Below are positions 1-10,200 of a stretch of 64,000 nt of DNA, piece by piece. The stretch lies in the NCBI GenBank assembly GCA_964270895.1, contig OZ185444.1; one strand, written 5' to 3'. This DNA is from Podarcis filfolensis. Lineage: Eukaryota. Both the position numbers and the translations under genes were made by a program. The notes beneath the pieces are model-generated. The model saw only the letters and a program-made list of their open reading frames with translations. It did no database searches and had not been told where the DNA came from. Each line of letters opens with the position of its first letter. The first letter of the stretch is position 1.

Positions 1-959
1 CCAAGTTTAATTTACAAATCCATCTAACTTCAGGGCTTATTGTTGACTGAAGTTATATATATTATTACTATGTGCTTTGTATTTTACAGCATCTCAATTA
101 ATGGTTGTGTGTGTTCATTTCAGCAAACTATTCATATAGCAGAAGTGATCTTAGCAGTAATAAGCAGTCACATGACCATTATCGAGACTTTCCATAGAAC
201 TAAGAAGTCTTTGGCATGCTCCTCCTAGTTCCCATACCCTAATGGGCAGGGTACAAATGCTGTTGTTGGTGATCTGACACAACCTGAAACTAAGCCAAAG
301 CATGTGCAACTGAAACAACCATATATTGCTTTCCCATTAGCCTTGCCTCCACTTCTCTCTTCTGTCGTTTTCCATGTTGAATGTTAAGATCTTTGCGGCA
401 TCTGTCTTCTGTTCAGTAAAGAACCATGCAGACTTATGGTGCTATATTAGCAATAACAACAGCAATCACAGAATGCTTTACATCAGCGTTGGTGGCCCCC
501 TTTTTGTTCTGAGGGCCACATTCCTCTTGGCACATCTTCCAGGGGCTGCAAGCCAATGATGGATATGGCCATCTCATAGACACGTTCTATCACAGGCGCA
601 AATTTCCTTCACCTCAATGGATGCATGCACATAAGCTGAGGAGGGAAAGTTATCTTGTCCAACCAAATGATCAATTGGATGACTGCAGAGGGGTAGCTTG
701 CTTCCTTATCAGGGGCACTGGGCTCTACCCACCTCAGCTCTGTGTCTAGTTGAATCCTGTCCCCTGCCTGCCTTTTGCCTCACTCTGCAACCAAAATCAG
801 TGGGGTCTTAGGGGAGGCATTTGCCGGGTGGTGGTGGTTCAGACTCCTAAAGTAGGAATTGGCCATCCTTGTTTTATATATTGCATAGTGATAGGGGGGG
901 AAATATTTTATTTGAGAAATGCTTGTGTATGTGAAAGTGCTGTTTTTTCTCAAATTAAG

Positions 960-1135
960 GATGTTGGTTTTCGCTCGGAGGCTCTCTGCACCATCCTGCA
1001 ACAGGAAGTTCTGCTGCAGGAGGATGTTGAACTGATTGAGCTACTTGACCCCAGTATCCTGTCTGCAGGGCAGCCCAAGCAACAGGAACATGGACATCTT
1101 CCAACGCTACGCTCCCTAGCAACTCCTAATATTTG
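960..1135 (+). CDS. VEZT: VEZT exon (DVGFR...TPNIW)
   Basis: AG at 958-959, GT at 1136; 176 nt, ends in phase 2. Confidence 0.95.
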
Positions 1136-1227
1136 GTATTGCCTTGGGCTATCTGCATAGATTACAAGCTCTGTTGGAGGAAGTATCTTGCTCTTCACAT
1201 ATCTAACCTCTTAGAGAACAGGAATTG

Positions 1228-1274
<47 letters not shown>

Positions 1275-4200
1275 GGTTCTTATTATTCAAGCTTCTATCC
1301 CATGGATTTAGAATTGACTTCACCTTTGTGTATTCTTTGCTTTGCATTAATTTGTGCAGTGTACAGCAGGAGCATATTTTCTTAGGTGTGAAATTTTGAA
1401 GATGGTTAGCCACAAGTGTGCATGTGATATTCCCTTTTTAACAGTTTATTACCCTATCTCTTGCATTGATTTTTACTGCTCTGGCAATTGATAAGCCCAT
1501 TTTTCTTAGTGAGCTTTCTATTTTGTGGGCCTGTATTCTGGGCTACTTTAACATACTCTCCCCCACCCACCTCCCCGTTATGTTTATTTGAGGCTAATGG
1601 AAAGAGTGTGCTGTTTCCACACAAATTCAGGTTCTTTGGATTTTGCATCATTTGATTAAAATCTTTTTTTGTCATCTTGAGAGAGGCTCACTATACAAGC
1701 CTGGATGTAGAATATATACTGCATAAATATTATGTCTCTGGTTCATTTTAGGCAATTCTGTTGGTTCTTCTGGTCCGTTCTTTAGATTACATGGGTTGCA
1801 CACATAATAATGTTGTAATGACCAATGTTTCAAGAAGTAGCATTTGATAAGAGAATGCAAATTTGTCACAGTTTATAACATGCAAGAAGGGAACTAGACT
1901 TATTCATGGTGAATGTTTTAGTGTCCCTGCAGAGACTTGTATTTTGCAACAATTCTGCAAATGTGACAAAAACAAGTGAGAGAAGCTTTGCTGCTGAGCA
2001 TATATGGTTTTAAGAAAAATAATGAGCAAGCCATTTGAAATGATGCCACGGAAAGGTCTTCCATATTCTGAGAGCCAGTGTGGTGTAGTGGTTAAGAGCG
2101 GTAGTCTTGTCATCTGGGGAACCGGGTTCGCGTCTCCGCTCCTCCACATGCAGCTGCTGGGTGACCTTGGGCCAGTCACACTTCTTTGAAGTCTCTCAGC
2201 CCCACTCACCTCACAGAGTGTTTGTTGTGGGGGAGGAAGGGAAAGGAGAATGTTAGCCGCTTTGAGACTCCTTAAAAGGGAGTGAAAGGCGGGATATCAA
2301 ATCCAAACTCCTCCTCTTCTTCTTCCTCTTCTGCTTTAAAGGAAACCAAGCGTGCACTTTTGGACTGTAATGGTCAGATTAAATGAATCAGAAACTTGAA
2401 AAACAAAACTGTCAGTAGATCAGCGTTTGGTTCCCTGAAGAAATATGTCCCCTTCTGCTGTCCTACTATATTGGTATTAGTAGGGTAATTTTTGAAAAAA
2501 GGTTTTAAAAGAAATCAAGGACATACATTTCACACAAAATAATACCTAAATTAGAAATAACATGAATTCCTGCTCTTACAGCTACCATTTGTTTTTAAGG
2601 CAGAGAGAGCTACTGTTACCCAGTCACAGCTTGATTAACTTATATTGACAGCTTTTACTTATATTTCAGGGGAGCAAAAATACTTTCTTAATGACAATTT
2701 AAAACATAAAGATGCATCTCCAGAAAATTGAGTTAGGACTCTGTATAGTACTATATCTATTGATATCATGGTTTCCTTCATATGACAATCATACTTTGCA
2801 TTGCTGTTCTTTATTTTTAATGAAAGCTGGGCAACAGCTGGCATGCCCAGAATCTGGGCAAGCTGCAAAAAAGCAAGATGTGGCTTATACTGGCTATTTT
2901 GTTTTGCAGGGATATCTCATTACTATTTGCCTTCATCAGCACGCTGATTATTCTTCCTTCTTCATGGAATGGATCTCTTGGATTGGTGGGGGGAGTAGGC
3001 TTGTTGGTTTACATGTTCTTACGAGGTTTGGACACACTGAACACAGCCAAGCTGCAAATGTCTCTAAGAAAATGCCAACTCCAGCTAGAAGATATGGTGA
3101 CTAATTGTCGAGCCTTCACTAACCTTGTGAGAAAATCTCTACGGCTCATTCAAGAAACTGAAGTCATTTCCAGAGGATTTACTCTGTGAGTCTGATTTTT
3201 AGGTTATTTTATTAATTGGTTCAGTCATCCCTGTTTAACCAGGAGTGAATAAACTTTTCCTTTAAAATGTCTAAATCTAAGATGTTTCACTTATGCACAC
3301 AACATATTTGTCATGAAGCTTGAGTCACTGGTACCCAAATCAAGCTGATTTGTGGAAAGGAGATAACAAGGGCATGAATGGGAATGAAGTAGGTTTTGAT
3401 ATGTTTGGCACAATTTTTCAGCAACCTCCACGTTAAGCGTTTCAGTAAAAAGTACCTGCAAAAGACACACGCATTGAAGAGCTTCACAGCTGGTTGGTTG
3501 TGTTCTTCCTGGTAGTCTCATAAGAAGAAAAAGGTCAATTAACTCATAAGAAACAACTTTTCGTACTTGGGAGTTGAAGGAAGCCAAATCTACATGCAAA
3601 ACAAACATTAGATGTGTGTCTCGCCTAAAAAAACACCCAATCCTGATGAAGCAGCTTTTAAATTTTTCCAACTGCCTGTTACAAACTTTCCTCAAGAGAT
3701 TCATTCCTAAATTTTCATATGCTTTGGTTGCAAATATACCAAAATCAAAAAGTGCACACTTCTTTTTGGGACCAATTTTCACTTCACAAATATTAAAATG
3801 TTTCGTATTTAAGATTCATTTGTATTAAGATTTCATTTGGATTTTGCATTATTCAAAACCATATTTTGTTACAATTTATTTTTCTCCTGAATGACATGTA
3901 ATTTGCTTAAGAATAGTTTTAGATAGATGTTTTAAACATGTAGAACATTATACAGGTTATGGAAAGCCCTCTTCCATCCCCATAACACTTCGGAACCTTT
4001 AAATGCAACATAATTTAACATCATGTGTTTAGGGGATTATTTGTTTCCAATTCTGCTTTTAGATGAATGGCTACACTGAGTTATAAGAGTCAAAATTCTT
4101 CTAGATGTATATTGGCTTCAAGGATTACTTCTAACATACTTCATAAAGAACAAGAAACAGCAATACTATCCAGAGTTTGTTGCTTAAACATTCTCATGTG

Positions 4201-7200
4201 TACATAATATTTTAATCTCTATTTACAGAGCATGTGCTTCTAATACTAGATCTGCTGTGTAGTTTGCAAATGCAAGCAGCTACATGTATAACTAAAAGTG
4301 TAGCCATCTTACAGTAAGCGAAGTTGCCAAACGCAGAGAATTAGTCTGAATTGAGCTTTACTGACAAAAAAAGAGATTGTCTTGTGGAATGTTTAGGCAT
4401 GTGGTAAGACAATCCAAGCTTATTCTTGGCAAGGTAGCATACAATTAAGAATAGTTAATATTATAGTTAAAACGGTACTTCAAAAGAGCTAAGTGTTAGC
4501 TGCAGTCTGATCAAACCCTGAGGCAAAATACTTATATTTTATTTTTGCAAATGGACCGTGTGAAGAAAATAGTCTAGTTCTCCAGCTTTAAAAAAATAAA
4601 AAGTTAGTGGCTAGGATCCAGCTCACAGAGAGCATTAGCAAAAGGCACTTCCATTTCTGAATCTCTCATTTCATCAATTGCCTCATGATCTGCAGGAGCA
4701 GTTTTTCAGGGTATGGAGCAAGGAAGCCTCTTAATGATATGGTGTACCAGAAGCAGTCACATGCTCACTATTAAGGATTTGGAAGACCACATAAACCTGT
4801 GGCTCATGCCTTTTGTCACTTAGCTTCTTCAGTCTGAAAGCCTGGCAGAAGTATATTTCCTTATAAAAACATGAAATTGGTGCCTGCAGATCATATAGGA
4901 TTCTGAAGACTGGGAAAGACAGATAGGAATTTTTGCATATAAAGACAGATGCGATCATAATGGTCATGATATTTGTTTATGTAAATATGTCATCTTTCTT
5001 TTCATTTTTGAAGCGGGATTAAAGTTTAAATGACTTTATACATTGCTACTAGCAACGTGTGGGCTTCTTTCGTTTGTATAATAATGAAATAATTGTTCAA
5101 TTTCTCAATATGCATGAAGGTATATTACATAAAATGAAAAACATGTAAGATGATAATACTGATTTATTTTGTATTTTTATCATTACTTAGGACATCTGTA
5201 CAGTTGTATCACATTTTACTTTTCAAGTTTGCTTGACAGGGTCAGTGCTGCTTGCCCATATAATAAAGCCGGACAGCATCCTTGTCAGCATCTCATTGGT
5301 CTTCGGAAAGCAGTTTATCGGTCAGTACGAGCCAACTTCAGAGCGTCAAGGCTTGCTACCTTGTATATGCTGAAACAATATCCTTTTTTTGAAATAGGAC
5401 ATACTGGAAAAGGCTAAATAGAGGTAATGCAGAATTAAAGATTGCTGAACCTCTTTTTATGTTTGTGTTCATTTTGTCTCAAGAACTTAACACAACTTTG
5501 TGTTTCTTGTCCATGGCCTTAATATCCTACATATTCACTAACTCCATTGTTTGGTTTTCTTCATAACAAATTTTTCAACCTACCATGTAGCACACACAGA
5601 CAGGCTAAGTTAAGGACTGACCCACTTCATGGCTGAGTGGAGATTTGAATCTGGTTCCTTGGTGTCAGTCCAGCACTCTAACCCTGGGATGGGGACCCTC
5701 AGGCCCAGCAGCCAAAGGCAATCTTCCAGGACTCCCTGTTTGGCTTTCATGACATTCACCAGGCCACATTCCTCACTTGTGCTACTTTGCACTCTCCTTG
5801 AATGTTTTTGCCTGGCTTGAACATTCTGATAATGCTTCTTCCTTTCCTGGATAAAGAATAGAGAGGAGTGTGTGTGTCAACTAGCCTACTGTACAGAGAT
5901 AAAATTTTATGTACATGGCTCAAATGCAATTCCTCCTCCTGTCTTTGGAGTAGAGGTCATAGAATTGCAGCATTGGAAGGGACCACAAGGATAGGTCCAG
6001 CTTAAAGTGTTTAAAGTGCTGTTTAAAGTGCATAAGAACACTTTATAGAATCTTTAACTTGTTTGAAAAGCTTCTGGTCTCTCTTTTACCTCATGTTTGC
6101 CCAAGTTGCATGTCATACAAAAGCTTCTTTAACTGCCTTAACACTAACTAAACTTACCCATTGAATTCTGAGAGCGACAATGTGACAAACTACATCTGTG
6201 TGGTGCCTTTCAAAGAACTGGGCCTTGGACTCAGTGAAGAGCAGGTGTCTGAGGAAGAAGCACACAATCTCACAGATGGCTTCAGCCTGCCAGCACTAAA
6301 GGTAATCCAGCCTTCAGGTTTAACGTTGGCCTATTTTGTAACTACTTTCCACTTGTAGCAATTAAGCAAGAAAACCTGACTGAGCCTGTTAACTAACTTA
6401 AAAAAACCCACCCAGTCCAAGGCTCAAGCCAGCTGCCTGGAATATATTAAGTTAACTTACATCTTTGGGCTAGACTCGTTTGTTACCTTTTGTAAGCTTT
6501 AGTTGTGGACTCCTGAAAAGATATTTAATTATCAGAATAAATTGCTATAGCATAGAAAATCCCTGATTTACATCTTTTTTCTACTTTTTATATAATTGTT
6601 TAAAAAGAGGGCACTGGATGAGTTCTAGCAGTTATGGGCCATTGAGGTGGATCAAAAGAGTCAGACAACCAATCTCTCTCTGACTTTGTCTCTCTGTTAA
6701 AGGTTTTAATAGATATACAGTAGTTCCTTGGAAGTCGAACAGAATCCTTTCCAGAAGTCCGTTCAACTTCCAAAACATTCGAAAACCAGACTGCACCTTT
6801 TGATTGGCTGCAGGAAGGTCCTGCAGCCAATCAGAAGCCGCAGAAGCACCGTTGGATGTTCGGGTTCCAAAGAACGTTCGCAAACCAGAACAATCACTTC
6901 CAGGTTTGCAGCATTCGGAAGCCAAAACGTCTGAGTTCCAGGGCATTCAGGATCCAAGGTACGACTGTAGCTCTTACATAACTGAATAAGTCGTTCATTT
7001 AAAACATTTCTGCTCTGCCTGACTACACCCCAAGGTGGTCTCTGTGGCGGCACTCGCTTTGTGGAATGTCCTCCCCTTACAGGTGCCAACTTGGTCTTTT
7101 AGCAGCTAGTTAAAGCCTACTTGTTGGCTAAAGATTTTAAGTGACTGATTGTGTGTCCTACCCAGTTGATTTTAGCTACCTTAAATTTTATTTGTAGTCT

Positions 7201-10200
7201 TTATGTTGTTTTAGTTTTGTTGTTTATGTGCAATGTATATTTTCTTGTACCCTGCCCTGATATTGATATTCATGAACGGTGCATTGTAAACCTTAACAAA
7301 AAAAAGTTTAAGTGGTGTGGTAATCATATTATTGTTGAATTGCTTAAAATGTATGGGAAAGCAGGAAAAACAAAATGTTATTGTTTTCTGTAATAATTAG
7401 GACTGTCGTAACTCTTCTGTATTTGTAGGTTTTATTTCAACTTTGGGTTGGACAAAGTTCTGAATTCTTCAGGCGGCTAATTCTTCTGCTGTCCCCCTCC
7501 AATGCATCTATCAAGACCCTGATTGGGCCAGAACATTTGCCACTTTCGACCTTTACTGATGTGACTCAGGGTCTTCATCATGCACATGCTGCCTGTTTAG
7601 AAGAGCTTAAACGGAGCTATGAATTTTATCGGTACTTTGAAACACACCATCAGTCTGGTTTGGAACGTTCAGTCAAAACCGAACAAAAGTCAAGAGAACT
7701 AAATCGTCTCCACACAGCAGTGCGCAGCCTACAACTCCATCTGAAGGCCTTGCTTAATGAGTAAGCTGTTCTCTGGGAGTGATTTGTCACTACACACAGG
7801 TCCGCTGTCAGAATGCTTATTATCTGAAATCTCAGTTCTCTGAACACAAAGAAATACAGTGGTACCTCGGGTTACATACGCTTCAGGTTACATACGCTTC
7901 AGGTTATAGACTCCGCTAACCCAGAAATAGTACCTCGGGTTAAGAACTTTGCTTCAGGATGAGAACAGAAATTATGCTCTGGCGGTGTGGCAGCAGCAGG
8001 AGGCCCCATTAGCTAAAGTGATGCTTCAGGTTAAGAACAGCTTCAGGTTAAGAACGGACCTCTGGAACCAATTAAGTACTTAACCCAAGGTACCATTGTA
8101 TACCCAAACCTTGTTACACAAACGGCTGATTTAGATATCGGAACAGCCAGTTTGCCCACTTCCTTACTTCTTTCTGTTTTGCTGATTAGCTGCAGCCATT
8201 TGGGGCAGAAACCATTGAGGGAGACAGATCAGGGAACAGGAGAGATCGGGCAAATCAGTTTTTCCTTTGTTTGACTTTTGCTGATCGGCCGCAGCAGTTT
8301 TGGGCAGAAAGCATGGAGGGAGAACCCATGGATTAGAAATGTTCCCATAGGAAATAATGGAAATCATCAGCTTGATATGCAACTGCTCTCCTAATGAATG
8401 ATGCCTGGGAATGCATTGTGTTCTGATACCAGTACCTGTAGTTTAATTCCAGTTGTAGTTCAAGTTTTTTTAGAAAAGAAAGTAATATGTAATGTTGCAA
8501 TCGGAAACTACTGATAAGATTTATTGAGGCAGATATAGCTGTAGCTTCTTTGCCTTGTTATTCTAGCTCTTATTTAATCAAACAATCTGATTTACGTTCA
8601 GTAAAGAGGTGTGTTTCTTGTACTAGCTGTACACAACTGTATGTGTAATTATATACAATACTATTAAAACAACATTGAGCGTTTATTACAGGGCTGATAT
8701 TTGGAACTGGCTATATGAGAACTGCAGAGGAGTCAGACTGTTGAATAATACATACAAAAAGCAAGAGACCACAACCTAACAGAGTTTTATGTTTGCTGAA
8801 GCCCACCTATTTTAATATGTTTTCATGAAAATCAGTGCGCTTAACTCTGTGAGCAAGTGTGCATTAAAGACTTGTTTTACTGAGATTATCACTAAAGGAA
8901 ATGATTGTACTGTACTGATAATTTTTTAATGAGAGGGAACAGAAAACTGATTCCATTTTGGTACTATGCCTACTTGTTGTTTAGGCTAGGGTTAAACTAA
9001 AAAAGAAAAAATGGATGTGTGTTCTTAAACAATACCACCTTTGCTGGTATGCGTCCATCTATTCATATTAATCCTTCAGACATGCTGTTTGAAGCAGAAA
9101 CGTTTACTAGTTCCCTAATAATCTCTTAATTCACTTGCCAAAGGTTTACAATGTAAACTTATGCATGTCTACATAGAACTAATTCTCACCGAGTTTAGTG
9201 GGGCTTGCTCCAGGATTCAGGATTCAGGATCTTTCTGAATGTCTTTTTAGATGGAGATGCAGGGAATTGAATGCAGGACCTTCTACATGCAAAGTGTATG
9301 TCTTTTCACTGTTTTATAACCTCTCTCCACAAGTGAAGTTGTTCTTATGAATTTATGGATTTCTCTCTAGCCTTCATTAGAACATAGCTGTTAGTCACTG
9401 TGCAATGGTTGTGGTCTTTTACTGCTGTTTCAAAGGCTTGGATTACTTGTCTAAAACTAAGTTCACCCTTTAAGCCCTGACCAGTTGCTTCTGGTACCTT
9501 GATATCATACATATGGGCTCTGCCCACATAGGTAAAACTGATAGACTGTAAGAAAAAAAAGGAGGATATAAAATCTGGAGACTTATAACTGCAGTCACAT
9601 CAACTCACTGCCCACAGCAGGTCCATAAAATATTTGATTTGTGTACTAATTAAATGGTTTGTTGTTGTTTTTTGTCCAGAGTAATAATTCTTGAGGATGA
9701 ACTTGAGAAGTTTATTAGCTCCAAGGAAAGCCAAGAACTAACTTTGGAGGCCTACCAAGTTGTAGAAACAAAACTAAGACTTGTTCAACCTCACATGCAA
9801 GCAAGCAACAGCTGCTGGGAAGAGGCCATTTCTCAGGTGGAAAAAATGGTTCGAAGAAATCCAGAGAAAAAAGGTAAATTGTCTTCGCAATAGCATTGAG
9901 AAATTCTAGCCACAGTAAAATAAAATCTTCAGGAGGCAGTCATATATGTGGTAAATAGTAACTCCAGTATTGCAATAGCAAAATGCCTGGGTTTGTAAGT
10001 ATGTTTTTAAAATGCATCAAAAAGGTAATGTGCATTGCACATCCCTTTCTGATTTACATAAGTGAAGGGCTACATGAACTCAGACTTTGGGCGTAAATCT
10101 GGAAGGAGATACTATCTTGATTGTTCATAGCAGTAGATCTGAGCTTGCCATAAATTCATGGGATCCACTGTGTACTTTCAGCTGTGATTCATGACTCCTA

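Noticed and set aside
2066-2140. tRNA genes at A/B-box sequences (also near 20640, 27950, 35560)
   Set aside because: These are SINE heads: no complete cloverleaf, and each continues into SINE body sequence.
3291-3782. 163-aa minus-strand ORF in a VEZT intron
   Set aside because: No recognisable homology and a non-ATG start; only a 61-nt exon-like part is kept as a weak finding.
7429-7540. Apparent frameshift in a VEZT exon (the ORF track starts at 7537)
   Set aside because: Careful reading (tcc ccc tcc aat) gives an open frame from 7429; the track simply starts at a TTG.
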